A DNA stretch of 64,000 bases from Octopus sinensis (lineage: Eukaryota), in NCBI RefSeq assembly GCF_006345805.1, contig NC_043021.1, forward strand, positions 10,168,001-10,232,000. Reading direction: 5' to 3'. The translations under genes were made by a program, and so were the position numbers. This document shows, one piece after another, positions 24,921 through 37,989 of this stretch (positions are counted from its first letter, which is position 1; every line of letters begins with the position of its first letter). Below the pieces are notes generated by a model. That model had not been told where the DNA came from. It saw nothing but the letters and a program-made list of their open reading frames with translations, and did not search any database.

Positions 24921-26633
24921 CGGGCTTCTTTCAGTTTCTGTCTACCACTCACAAGGCTACTATAGCTTGAGGCTATAGTAGAAGGCACTTGCCCAAGGTG
25001 CCACACAGTGGATAGGAAGCAAGCTTCTCACCACACAGCCAAGCCTGATGGGCTTCTTTCAACTTTGGTGTACTAAATCCATTCACAAAGGTTTGGCTGA
25101 CCCAGGCCTATGGTAGAAGGCACATACCCAAGGTGTGCCGCGCAGTGGGATTGAAACCAAGACTGCATGGTCGGGAATCAAGCTTCTACTCCTGAAGTAA
25201 GTGTGAAAGCTTAGTTAGTCTAGTACTAACACTTGTCTTTTTAATGTTTCTGTCTTTGCAGGGGTATCTCGAAGGAAGAGCTGCAGGTTTACATAGAAAA
25301 ACTTCATATGTATAATGAAGTAAAAGACTTAGCCCAGACACTCCTTGGCAAATTAGGTACAGTAAATTCATTTCTAAAACACTGTGTAACACGATTTTGG
25401 TCCTTCTCTCTTTTACTTGTTTCAGTCATTTGACTGTGGCCATGCTGGAGCACCGCCTTTAGTCGAGCAAATCGACCCCCAGGACTTAGTCTTTGTAAGC
25501 CTAGCACTTATTTTATCGGTCTCTTTTGCTGAACTGCTTTGTTACAGGGACGTAAACACACTAGCATCGGTTGTCAAGCGATGTTGGGGGGAAAAACAAG
25601 ATGCACAACATACACACACACACACGACAGGCTTCTTTCAGTTTCCATCTGCCCAATCCTCTCACAAGGCTTTGGTCGGCCCGAGGCTATAGTAGAAGAC
25701 ACTTGCCCAAGGTGCCATGCTGTGGGAATGAACCGAGAACCATGTGGTTGGTAAGCAAGCTTACTTACCAACACAGCCACTCCTACGCATCTGTTATTTT
25801 CTTTTTGCTTACCCCTAAAAAGTATGACAAATGGCTAATATTTCCTTCAAATTTTGCTTTTGTTACATTTATTCAAACCCCAAATAATTCCCTCTCAACA
25901 CATGGCAATGATGCTTTCCCACTACTCCTGCTCATGATCAGAGATGCACATATTGTCAGTCACTAAGGGACATGCCCAAGTAGTTAAGGTCAAGCAACTG
26001 ACAAGCAAATCTGTGGTATTGAGCAGAATATTCGCCATAACGATATTTCTGCTAAAGCAAGGTGGTGAGCAGGCAGAAACGTTAGCACGCTGGGCAAAAT
26101 GCTTAGCAGCATTTCGTCTGTCTTTATGTTCTGAGTTCAAATTCCGCCAAGGTCAACTTTGCCTTTCATCTTTCCGGGGTCGATAAATTAAGTACCAGTT
26201 GCGTACTGGGGTTAATCTAATCGACTGGTACCCTCTCCCAAAATTTCGGGCCTTGTTCCTAGAGTAGAAAAGAAAAACAATATTTCTGCTTCAGCAACTC
26301 AGCACTGAATCCGTCAGAAATGTAATGGAAAATAGGTCAGTTTCAAAACATTGATGTCCAGGTCACAAAAGCAAAGTTTGAAGGGAACAGTAGTGATTTC
26401 CTTTGATTTCTAGTTAGAAGCAAATAGGAAGTAACACTTACTGGCCAAAAACAAAAAAAAATTAAAATTTTGTTACAGAATAATGGAATCTGCATTAATA
26501 TATAAACTTATCCAAACTCACTAACTTCTCTGTATCTATTATGTTTGATGGTGTTTTGTATATTTTAGCACTCATGGAGAACCTGTGTACAAAAGACTTA
26601 TATGGACGTTACCAGCTCAACCTGGAAGATTAA
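21136..26633 (+). CDS. SWI5: SWI5 homolog (Swi5/Sae3 family DNA-repair/recombination protein), about 129 aa
   Basis: Exons 21136-21200 (least certain), 22391-22439 ([16 protein letters not shown]), 23419-23534 (coiled coil ...[20 protein letters not shown]), 25262-25356 ([27 protein letters not shown]), 26569-26633 ([21 protein letters not shown]). LHxYNExKDxxQxLLGxL...LYxxYxLxLxD is the Swi5 signature. AATAAA near 26824. Confidence 0.9.
21410..21570 (+). mobile_element. Penelope-like ORF remnant in SWI5 intron 1
   Basis: ...[21 protein letters not shown] resembles the N-terminal region of Penelope-like ORFs (from memory) and the centre of 47630-47955. Confidence 0.4.
21815..22217 (+). mobile_element. 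Tandem dimer of SINE family B
   Basis: Body duplicated head-to-tail (about 21815-22032 and 22033-22217). Confidence 0.8.
22695..22870 (-). mobile_element. Penelope-like element relic with 33-bp inverted arms around a minimal hammerhead-like motif
   Basis: CTTTATTTAAAAGCAGCAGAAATTCAACAAAA repeated in inverted form; minus-strand core CTGT-CCAACGA-ACGGGAATGT-GAAA-CTCAGAG-TA-ACAG. Confidence 0.55.
23145..23196 (+). ncRNA. Type I hammerhead ribozyme motif, G12>A variant (probably inactive)
   Basis: GTATCA-CTGATGA-GCAT/TAATTTC/ATGC-aAAA-TTAG/TGTG/CTAA-TC-TGATAT: all three stems pair and the core is canonical except position 12. Confidence 0.7.
25405..25790 (-). mobile_element. SINE family A
   Basis: Full-length copy in SWI5 intron 4. 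Confidence 0.85.
25790..26460. mobile_element. Unclassified dispersed repeat (DNA-transposon-like) with a nested SINE
   Basis: Reverse-complement copy at about 35490-35990. SINE inserted at about 26052-26275 with duplicated ATATTTCTGCT. Confidence 0.6.
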
Positions 26634-27124
26634 ACACAATCACCTGATGACAGCTTTTAGAAGAGAATTTTCAACCTCCAACATTAACCTCTCATCAGTT
26701 GTGAACTTTTTCTGTATATTGACGAGGGAGAAGTTTTTTTGCAAGATGATGGATACATTAATTTATTAATAATAATTTTAAAAAATACAAAAAAAAAATA
26801 AGCTTATCAGAATGAAACTGAAAATAAAATTTAAATAAAATAAAATATTTAAACACTTGAATGATTGTTTTGCCTTGGCACTATATTACTCATCATCATT
26901 GTTATCATCATTTAATTTGTTTTCCATGCTGGCATGGGTTGGATGGTTTCACTTGAACTGGTAAGCCAGAGAGCTGCACCAGGCTCTAGTCTCATTTGGC
27001 TTGGTTTCTACAACTGGATTCCCTTCCTAACACTAACCATTCCATTGGGTGTATTCAGTGTCTTTGATATGTCACTGGAATATATACATATATGCATATA
27101 TACATGTATACATTTATATATACA

Positions 27125-27535
27125 AACATCATCATCATCATCATCATCATCATCGTTTAACGTCCGTTCTCCATGCTAGCATGGGTTGGACGGTTCGACC
27201 GGGGATCTGGGAAGCCAGAAGGCTGCACCAGGCTCCAGTCTTATCTGGCAGTGTTTCTACAGCTGGATGCCCTTCCTAACGCCAACCACTCCGTGAGTGT
27301 AGTGGGTGCTTTTTATGTGCCACCTGCACAGGTGCCAGGCGAGGCTGGCAACGGCCACGGTCGGATTGGTGTATTTTATGTGCCACTGGCACGGAAGCCA
27401 GACGAGGCGGAGCTGGCATCGGCCACGAGTCGGATAGTGCTTTTTACGTACCACCAGACCAAGGATCCTGGCTGGTTCAATTTGATTTCGATTTCTCTTG
27501 CCCCAACATGTCTTCGCAAGCAAGGGGGTTGGCAT
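27125..27535 (-). mobile_element. (GAT)n-tailed retroelement family D (SINE or LINE 3' end)
   Basis: CATCATC-GTTTAACGTCCG...GCTGGATGCCCTTCCTAACGCCAACCACTCC; other copies at 3828-4090(-), 9081-9330(-), 14440-14845(+), 46364-47113(+). Confidence 0.75.
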
Positions 27536-27544
27536 GATATACAT

Positions 27545-27940
27545 ATATACTCTTTTACTTGTTTCAGTCATTTGACTGTGGCCATGCTGGAGCACCGCCT
27601 TTAGTCAGGCAAATCGACCCCTAGGACTTATTCTTTGTAAGCCTAGTACTTATTCTATCGGTCTCTTTTGCCGAACCGCTAAGTTATGGGGACATAAACA
27701 CACTAGCATTGGTTGTCAAGCCATGTTGCGGGGACAAACACAGACACAAACATATACACACACATACATATATATGACAGGCTTCTTTCAGTTTCCGTCT
27801 ACCAAATCCACTCACAAGGCTTTGGTTGGCCCGAGGCTATAATAGAAGACACTTGCCCAAGGTGCCATGCAGTGGGACTGAACCGGGAACCATGTGGTTG
27901 GTAAGCAAGCTATTTACCACACAGCCACTCCTGCGCCTAT
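27545..27940 (-). mobile_element. SINE family A
   Basis: Full-length copy. Confidence 0.85.
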
Positions 27941-29206
27941 AAATATATATTGTACTGTTCTGTGATGTTAAGATCAGCAAAAAAAAGTTCTCTATCTGGT
28001 GAGAGATAAATATTTTTTAAACACAGTGTATATTTTTACGAGTCACTAATAGTTTCATGCGATGAAAACAATTGAGACAGCATTTTATAACGCATCTGGT
28101 ACCTTCATGCGATCCTCAGGCTCTGCCCACATGCCATAGCCAGTTATAACAGGACGACAGAATAAGAAAACGTACATGAAAAGGTGAGAAGAAAGTAGAT
28201 GTAAAAAGTGGAAGGTTGGAAACTGAAAAACGAAAAGGAAAAACGGAGAATTAGTGCCATGTACCTTTTGACTGTAAAGACATAAAGCTGAATGGATAGG
28301 GGCCTAGAGTCTGTGGTGCAGCTGCTCAATTTGGAGAGGTTGGTATTTTTCCAATTCGCCAACTGGAACTTAAACAAATGGTTACATCTGCTGAAAATTT
28401 CAGATCTGGGATTCAGCAGTGCAGTGGAGCTGTTAGATCTGAAAACGATGTGTTCTTTCAGGTATGCATAGCTTACATTTTTTTGATCTGCTGACATATG
28501 GAAAGGACTTTTTAAATGTTTTCCACTTGATTTGTATGTAGTGTGGCGTCAGACATCAAAACTCGTACGTGACTAACCAGCTTAGTGGACTTATCTGTGT
28601 CAGAAAGAAGAAATGTGGTTGGTATAGCTATTTTTGAAGTCGCCTTCACACAGCTCGACATAGCTCTTTTTGCTTACGTTATCATCTAGCATTGCTGTAA
28701 CTTCTGCCTCATATTGGACGAGTATACAGGTTCCTGGCTCTCAGCAGTTACAATTAGGAATAGGCTCTTGGTGCTGCTTGCGTGTAATGATGCTCTTCAT
28801 ATTGGGGCAGCAAGTATATGATAATTTGACTAAACACCTCTTTTACTCTTTTGTTTCAGTCATTTGACTTTGACCATGCTGGAGCACCACATTTAGTCGA
28901 GCAAATCGACCCCCCAGGACTTATTCTTTGTAAGCCTAGTACTTATTCTATCGGTCTCTTTTGCCGAACCGCTAAGTTACGGGGTCGTAAACACACCAGC
29001 ATCGGTTGTCAAGCGATGTTGCGGAGGGACAAACACAGACACACAAACATATACACACATATTAGTTGAAAATTCTCGAGTAGCATTATAACAACAACAA
29101 CAACAATTTGAAAAATTATTTTATATATTTATTAATTTGTTAATACATTGTGAATAATATTCTAGTGATATTCCTTTGCAAATAGTAATCTTTATTAAAG
29201 TACTTT

Positions 29207-30723
29207 TTACAGGTTACTCTCGATCCAGTCTCGGAAATATCCGACATCGCTGAAAGCGCTGATTTCTATGTCACAATTACGTCCGAAGGATGTTACACCA
29301 GCTAAGACCATTTGACCATTTGAACTTGGGCAATAAAGTGGACCACCAGAGTCACCCTGAAAAAAAAAACACAAACAATATAACTTTATATTCACTGGAA
29401 TATATACATATATGCATATATACATGTATACCTTTATATATACAAACATATACATATATACTCTTTTACTTGTTTCAGTCATTTGACTGCGGCCATGCTG
29501 GAGTACCGCTTTTAGTCGAGCAAATCGACCTCGGGACTTAGCCTAGTACTTATTCTATCGGTCTCTATTGCCAGCATCGGTTGTCAAGCAATGCTAGGGG
29601 GACAAACACAGACACACAAACATACACATACATATACATATATACAACGGGCTTCTTTCAGTTTCCGTCTACCAAATCCACCCACAAAGCTTTGGTCGGC
29701 CTGAGGCTATACTAGAAGACACTTGTCCAAGATGCCACGCAGTGGGACTGAACCCGGAACCATGTGGTTGGTAAACAAGCTAGTTACCACACAACCACTC
29801 CTGTGCTTAGGGTACCAATACATGCTTCATCATTATTGCTCTCTTTAGTTTTGGGACATAGGCCCAATTAGTCCTCCACAGGAGCATTCTGAAATATGCG
29901 ACTTTTAGGCTAGTATGCTATACTATCAAAACCACATACCTGGCAAGTAGATGCTCCACCTTGTCTGAAATCTCCGGCACAGAGAACTCCATCAGCAATT
30001 CGCATCCTTGACCTTTGTGTACATACATCATGGGGAATAGCTGGAAGAGCCACTTTGTATAATTCGTCAGGACTGTTTCCTTTAACTGAAAATAACACAA
30101 TTGAATGATGATTAATATCGATTGACGATGATTAAATGGAGATGATAGGAACATCAGATGAAAATTTCGTGATGCTTACATTGGAAATCTCCCCATCCAG
30201 CAGCGATACATCTTCGGGTACCAAATGTTTCTCCTTTTCTGGCCAATTGTGCAAACTTGACACATCTACCTTCACGGACTGGCTCGCTCAAAGTCAGTAT
30301 GGCAATGTCGTTCTCTGTAAGGGTAAAACATACACATATGTTAGGCATACATGTAAACTAGCGATGCATATATGTGTGTCATTAGGTAAATACAGAAATA
30401 TACGATGTATATACCTCTAATAGACATAAATTTAAAATTTGAAATACTGTACTGATGATAAGAGTGAGTGAGTAGAAATATGATTTTACATTTTTCACAT
30501 CTCTCTAACTCCGAAACGCGTATAAAGTTAATCAGAGCCGGGTAGATTCGTTATTTTTTTCTCTTTACCCGCGTGAGTTGTTGTGTATTGCTGTCTGGGA
30601 GATATGGTAGTAGAAAAATAGTAATTTAACTGCTATTTCTAAATTTCGGTATGTGGTGAAGCAAATTTTTCTAGACCCTAATTATAATTATACTCATAAT
30701 TATAGAATTTTTGTATAAGTTTA

Positions 30724-30789
<66 letters not shown>

Positions 30790-30955
30790 TTATTTATTTC
30801 TCTACTTGTTTCTCTCCTTGTTTTCTGTGTCCCTTTCTGTAGAAGAGCGTAGGCTCGAAACGTAAAAGACTTTTTCTATTCCTGAGCGTTATATTAATAC
30901 ATCTGTTTGTTTTGTACACTACCTGTCTTCGTCTTTTGTTTTTTTCGTAAACTCT

Positions 30956-30992
<37 letters not shown>

Positions 30993-32626
30993 AAACGTAT
31001 TGATTTGAAAGACATATATGATACACCATATAAGTTTAAGCAATATTCGTGTTGCAACGTAATTGCTCAAAATCAAACTCAAATATCAACAAATGACACG
31101 TCCATTGTGACTGTCGCATACATCATTATCATCGATGTAAACTGCAACAGTAATAGTAGCAGTAAATACAGCGGAGATGTAGATATTTTACATAGAACTT
31201 TAAGTCTGATGAGTATATTTTGAATGTTAGGCTAAAAGGTGACGAACAAAGGGGAGGAAATGTCAGTATTTAAATAATTATTACGAGAACTCTGAAGGGA
31301 AAACACAAAACAACAGATATCATATATCAACACGAGATTGAACTTGATGAAGGACATAGAACTTCATGTCTAATGAATATATTTTGAATGTTAGGAAAAT
31401 GTAAAATGCGATGAATAAAAAAGAATAAATGTCGCCTTTTAAACATTCATTACAGACACACTGAACTGAAAACACCAAATAATAGTTATCGTATATTGAC
31501 ACGAGATTGCAATTGATGAAACACCGATATTTACTGAGATATAGTTGAGAGAAAGAAAGAATCTATAAGAAAATATCTGAAGACATGATAATTGTAATAC
31601 TCACGTATCAGGTATGGAGTATGTACGTATCCACCATGTTTCAGGATTCTACTTGCAGTTGTTGACTGAGAACCAGGGCTCCATTTGTTGTTGGAACCGA
31701 TGTTTACTTTAACCTTTCTGACATTTCCTTCGCTAAAATCAAATCAAATATGGCGGATCTTTAGCAGACAATAATTTTATACCGTAATATACTTGAAACT
31801 GTCCTCTTGGATATTAAAGTATTTGACCATTCATTAAAGTATTGTAACAGAATTCTCATATATTGCTCTGTTATTATTAAACGTTGATATCCACTTCAAT
31901 GTTGCATTTCGGATATTGTGTGTTATTAAAATATATTTGTATAAATGTTGTTGGCATGAACGACATTAACCCTTCGTGGGCCGGCAGAGTTGGAATTACA
32001 CAAAAGGCCATTGGGGTCCCCTTTTATTTTTGCGCATTTCCGCTCTATCCATAAAGTAGTATTTGTTTAATCTTGTATATATGTGTGAGTGCATGATACA
32101 GAACAAGAAATTTAGCACTTTGTTTTTTATAGTTTTATGAACTATACGTATAGCACTAAATATAAAAGAAAAGAAAAGAAGTCTATCGATTCGTACCAGT
32201 ACAAATACAAAGAAAATTTACTTATAGTTCATCAGAATATCCGAAAAAAGAACAGAAAAAATAATTTCCCAGAAGGCCAATGGAGTCCAGTTGGCCCCAA
32301 TGACCATATTTTATGCTATAACATCCGCATGACTGGATTTGTACGTGCATACATGAACTACTGACAATAAAAGTCATGAGATATAAAATCATTTAAATAA
32401 GAGATGTAAAAGTTCTTTCTTTTATTCTTTTACTTGTTTCAGTCATTTGACTGCGGCCATGCTGGAGCACCGCCTTTAGTCGAGCAAATCGACCGCGGGA
32501 CTTATTCTTTGGAAGCCTAGTACTTATTCTATCGGTCTCTTTTGCCGAATCGCTAAGTTACGTGGACGTAAACACACCAGCATCGGTCGTCAAGCGATGC
32601 TGGGGGGGGGGACAAACACAGACACA

Positions 32627-32697
<71 letters not shown>

Positions 32698-34096
32698 CGA
32701 CGGGATTCTTTCAGTTTCCGTCTACCAAATCCACTCACAAGGCTTTGGTCGGCCCGAGGCTATAGTAGAAGACACTTGCCCAACGTTTCACGCAGTGGGA
32801 CTGAACCCAGAACCATGTGGTTGGTAAGCAAGCTACTTACCACACAGCCACTCCTGCACCTAAAAGGTTAAACATATAGAAAGTCAAATGAACAATTAAT
32901 ACAGACAAAATATAGAAGAATGTTCAAAGACTGAAGTTATTTCTTCGTTTGACTCAATATAGTTTTTAGTTGAAAACCGAATATATATCTTTATCTAAAT
33001 ATTCCTACTTGCTTATGGTGAAAAGTCAATATATTCTAAAATTGTTTCAAACAAAATTTAATGTAAATTTTAGCCTGATATTAAAAGCAGTATATCTGTT
33101 GCTATTTACACCATCATCAAATTCTTTTCAACCTTAATGCTATAAAACACGGAAACTAAACTCGCTTCATAAACACCAAGTGATGTAATATAAAGGTGGG
33201 AAAACGTAAATCTGTAATGTATATACTTACAGGCAGTGGGCTGCTGTCAATACGTGTGTAGAATCAATCAAAGTACCTCCACATAAGCTAATCATGTTAT
33301 CTGTGGGTTGGTTATATATTTTGAGGTGGACAATGGAAGGAAACTCGCAGTTTTGTGCTGGAGATCCATCAACGATCTGTGTTTTAGGTGCTGAAAGAAA
33401 AATCACAAAACGAAATAAATATATATTTACTCTTTTACTTGTTTCAGTCATTTGACTGTGGCCATGCTGGAGCACCGCCTTTAGTCGAGCAAATGGACCC
33501 CCAGGACTTATTCTTTGTAAAACCTAGTACTTATTCTATCGGACTCTTGTGCCGAACCGCTAAGTTACGGGAACGTAAACACACCAGCATGGGTTGTCAA
33601 GCGATGTTGGGGGGACAAACACACAAACACATACACACACATATATATATACATACATATATACGACAGGCTTCTTTCAGTTTCCGTCTACCAAATCCAC
33701 TCACAAGGCTTTGGTGGGCCCGAGGCTATAGTAGAAGACACTTACCCAAGGTGCCATGCAGTGGGACTGAACCCGGAACCATGTGGTTGGTAAGCAAGCT
33801 ACTTACCACACAGCCATTCCTACGCGTAGATAAATCATTCTCGAGTGTCTACGAAATATCAAATACCGTAATTTATATGGTTGTAAGCATTAATTAAATA
33901 TAAAAAGTAAAATCGTTTTCGGGACATATTCTCGACATGAAATTAGTGATTCAAAGATATCGATACTGGTTTCAGTAATGATATAAATAAAATAGTCGAT
34001 ATCAATATCAGTTTTGAAATGTTCGAGACCGTAGCACTTCGACTTACCAGCAAAAACTGAAGCAACCGTAACAAGAAGACAACAGAGAGACAACAT
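29207..34096 (-). CDS. Secreted S1-family (chymotrypsin-like) serine protease, copy 1, 255 aa
   Basis: Six exons (- strand): 34048-34096 signal peptide MLSLCCLLVTVASVFA; 33231-33390 APKTQ|IVDGS...TAAHC (His57); 31605-31732; 30180-30314 NDIAIL (Asp102); 29940-30085 ...GGASTCQ; 29207-29356 GDSGGP (Ser195)...WIESNL*. All phases consistent, no stops. TATA at 34165-34172; polyA signal 29192-29197. Confidence 0.95.
29455..29810 (-). mobile_element. SINE family A in intron 5 of protease copy 1
   Basis: Mirror insertion at 40810-41148 in copy 2. Confidence 0.85.
32420..32862 (-). mobile_element. SINE family A
   Basis: Full-length copy in copy 1 intron 2. Confidence 0.85.
33428..33825 (-). mobile_element. 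SINE family A
   Basis: Full-length copy in copy 1 intron 1. Confidence 0.85.
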
Positions 34097-34164
34097 GGTG
34101 ATTCTAAGTGTTCAGCTACTTGTGGAGAAAAACTCAACTGATGCTAGAGTTATGAATCGTGTGG

Positions 34165-34215
34165 TATTTATAGGTAAGTATCATTAGGAAAACATCTTTG
34201 AGGAAAGAACAGCTG
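34165..34215 (-). promoter_or_regulatory. Proximal promoter of protease copy 1 (TATA box and E-box)
   Basis: Reverse complement of the copy 2 block: TATTTATA 34165-34172, CAGCTG 34210-34215. Confidence 0.6.
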
Positions 34216-35489
34216 TAATTATTCATCAATGTTCGAACAATAAGACAAAGAACAACAGAGAATGTTTCAATGTAAAGTAATTTATGTTATAATATGAAAT
34301 ATATAATCAATACAACATTATATTATCTCATCAAAGTGCTGTTCTAATTTCTATTGAACGAGTATTGTCATCTTTTGAGGTGTATTGTAATATCTTAAAT
34401 TAATACATCTTCAAAATAGCTCCCAAATTTTTTACATGGACGTAAGAAACAATTACCTTTTGTGTGGTAAGATATATTTTATTGTGTTGACCTCTCAGAT
34501 GATTTCAATGGAAGATTGACCCACCTGAATATTATTCCCTCACCTGCCATTTTAAAATGATGTATCTGTTTATATTAATGTTATATAATTATTTCTTGCT
34601 TAATAATATTTCGTTTCAATTAATAAACGCAAATATATTGGTATTAGTGTCCTATTCTTCATAGAAATAATCATAACTTTTCGGTTTTTTTCTATGTTTA
34701 GGTTTCCGTTACATTCCGTATTCAATATGAAATATAAGCCTGCAATGTGCATTTATTTCGATATTCATATAGGGACTACTGTCTCAATTGTTAGTCTTTT
34801 TATATATAATATTCCTAGCATGGATCTTTCAGATAATTAACAACGCTTGAAGATACACTGGAAGAACCAGTGCATACCCTTATATGTGATAGTTTCATTC
34901 GTAGTCCTAGCTTGGCGATGAATGCCATAAGAGTAATATTATAGTTGGCCAAGGAATATACTCCATGGGCCACTCTAGCACAATAGTCTAGTTGAAGTAG
35001 AAAGAGAAAGCGACACCACAATTAGGAGAATACTAAGAGGAGGAAATCTTAGATATAGATAACAGAATAAAAACAATCTTCTTCCTTGGGGTTTAATAAA
35101 GGGTTTTAGGGAATTAGTAATAATAGTACACTGGTCCCATTTGATGACTAGAATAACCTAGTCACTATAAGTAAAGAGATGTACGTGAAGTACGAAAGTA
35201 CGTAGTAGACGGTCAAAGATAGTCGTGTCTTTACTGGTTTTACTAAGTATACTGTATATCGAAGTGGGTGTTTAACAATCAACCTTTTTTTAAGGATATC
35301 ACAATGGCGACCATGATTTAAACAACTCACGAAAAATTAATAAACTCGACGATGATAAACCATCAACTATTGGCAGCTCTGAACATAAGTCTCAAGAATG
35401 GATAGTCAACATATCCTACTTCAAAGCAACCGTGCACAGTTTTCAAATATATAATCAATTTCTAAATCAATCCAGGAAGTTCTTTTACT

Positions 35490-35990
35490 TACTACACTGT
35501 GTAACAAAATTTTTATATTTTTTTCCTTGGTCAGTAAATGTTATTTCCCATTTGCTTCTATCTAGAAATCAAAAGAAATCACTACTGTTCCCTTCAAACT
35601 TTGCTTTTCCGACCTGGACATCAATGTTTTGAAACTGACCTATTTTCCATTACATTTCAGACAGATTCAACGCCGAGTTGCCGAAGCAGAAATATCGTAT
35701 GGCAAATATTCTGCTCAGTAGCACATATTTGCTTGTCAGTTGCTTGACTTTAACCCCTTGAGCATGTCCCTTTGTGGCTGACAATATGAGCATCTCTGAT
35801 CATGATCACGAGATGGTGTAGTGAGGGAGCTATACCATCTGATCACGAGCAGGTGTAGTGGGGAAGCATCATAGCCAAGTTTCGAGAAGGATTCTTTGGG
35901 GGTATGAATAAATGTAACAAAAGCAAAGCTTGAAGGCAATATTAGCCCTTTTTCATAATTTCTAAAGGTAAGCAAATGGGAAATAACAGT
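35490..35990. mobile_element. Second copy of the 25790-26460 repeat, at the centre of the protease palindrome
   Basis: Reverse-complement similarity to 25790-26460, without the SINE. Confidence 0.6.
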
Positions 35991-37414
35991 TGCTACCCAA
36001 GGACAAAATTCGTGTTACACAGTGTTATCAATATCAAAATCATTGCTAAGCTAACCCTAAGAAAGAAGCTATCATATAACAGTATATGCACTGGTTCTTC
36101 CAGTTGTATCTTCAAGCATTGTTATTTATCTGTCATTTTAACCTTGTTCGTTAAAGTTCGCTGGCTTCTATTTTCCTTCACAACTTGTCAGCCATGACTA
36201 ATTTTTCTCCCACCCTCCCGTAGATTATGGCTTTACAATGTTCTTCGAGTCCTACCCTTCAGGGGAGGTTGAGTCCACCTTTATATTAGCTGTCACAACT
36301 AACGCATGGGATGGAGCGCACACAGCTATTGGTCATAATATTCTCTTTTAGTACCTTTCTTTAAGAGAGATGTCTCAAACATTTTAAAGGGGCCTTTATT
36401 GAAGAATAAAAGAACATTTGACTTATGACAATAAAAACATTAGGTTCTAATATTCCTAATTTCCACTACATAATTCTCTTACAGTACAATGTGACCATGG
36501 ATATAAGTGTTGATAAAGTGTTCGGTATAGTGTTTGAACTAACAAGTGTGATTTCTATTCCTGAGTCACGCAAACAATATACATTTCGTTTCAAGAGGAA
36601 CAAGCACAAAACATCACATGTAAAGAGAATAATTAACGGGATAATAGTCCTGATATTCCATAATGGTGGAACTAATACAAGGTTCGGCTTCGAAACCCGT
36701 ATTCCGTATTGAAGATTACAGAATACGACAGAAACCTAAAAAAAGAGTGAAGGACAAAACGCTCGAAACGTTGTGACTATAACAATCAAGATGAGGAAAC
36801 TAATCCCAACATATTTGCGTTTATTAATTAACAGGAAATATTTTAAACTAAGAAATAACTATACAACAATAATACAGACTGGTTCATTATTTTAAAATGA
36901 CAGGTGATGGAATAGTATTCAGGTGGGTCAATCTTCAATAGAAATCATTTGAGTGGTCAAAAAAATAAAATATACCTTACGAAACAAAAGGTAAATGTCT
37001 TTCACGTACTTACAAAAATAGGGGAACTTTTTCCAAGTTGTGTTAATTTAAGGTACTACAATAGATTCATCATTTTAAAACGACAGCTGATGGAATAACA
37101 ATCAGGTAGGTCAATATTCGACAGGAATCATTTGAGTGGTTAACAGAATAAAATATATATTATATCACAAAAGGTCATTTTTTTTCCCGTACATATAAAA
37201 AATATAGGAACTACTTAGAAGATGTATTAATTTAAGATATTTCAATACAACTCAAAAGATGACAATACTCGTTTAATAGAAATTAGAACAGCACTTTGGT
37301 GAGATAATATAAAATTGTATTGATTATATATTTCATATTATAACATAAATTACTTTACATTGAAACATTCTCTGTTGTTCTTTGTCTTATTGTTCGAACA
37401 TTGATGAAGAATTA

Positions 37415-37465
37415 CAGCTGTTCTTTCCTCAAAGATGTTTTCCTAATGATACTTACCTATAAATA
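37415..37465 (+). promoter_or_regulatory. Proximal promoter of protease copy 2: E-box CAGCTG + TTTCCTC, then TATAAATA
   Basis: TATAAATA starts 76 bp upstream of the ATG; the same block is conserved upstream of copies 1, 3 and 4. Confidence 0.6.
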
Positions 37466-37533
37466 CTACACGACTCATAACTCTAGCATCAGTTGAGTTT
37501 TTCTCCACAAGTAGCTGAACACTTAGTATCACC

Positions 37534-37955
37534 ATGTTGTCTCTCTGCTGTCTTCTTGTTATGGTGGCTTCAGTTTTTGCTGGTATGTCATGTCTTCCAT
37601 CTAACAGTGCAACGGTTTCGAACATTTCGAAATTGGTATTGATAGCGACTATCTTATAGATATAAAGTTTTGTACCCGTATCAGTAAATCCTACATATGA
37701 ATTTACTCTCACTCTTTTACTCTCTCATTTACTTGTTTCAGTCATTTGACTGCGGCCATGCTGGAGCACCGCCTTTAGTCGAGCAAATCGACTCCAGGAC
37801 ATATTCTTTGTAATCCTGGTACTTATTCTCTCGGTCTCTTTTGCCGAACCGCTAGGTCACGTGGACCTAAACACACCAGCATCGGTTGTGAAGTGATGTT
37901 GGGGGGACAAACACAGACACACAAATATATACACACACATACATACATACATACA

Positions 37956-37989
<34 letters not shown>

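Noticed and set aside
28290-28460. Open frame ending CAG|GTATG (GPRVCGAAAQFGEVG...DVFFQ)
   Set aside because: Weak acceptor and no similarity to the protease exons or any family I recognise.
31966-32320. piggyBac-like element (TTAA-CCCTT start)
   Set aside because: No matching right terminal repeat found.
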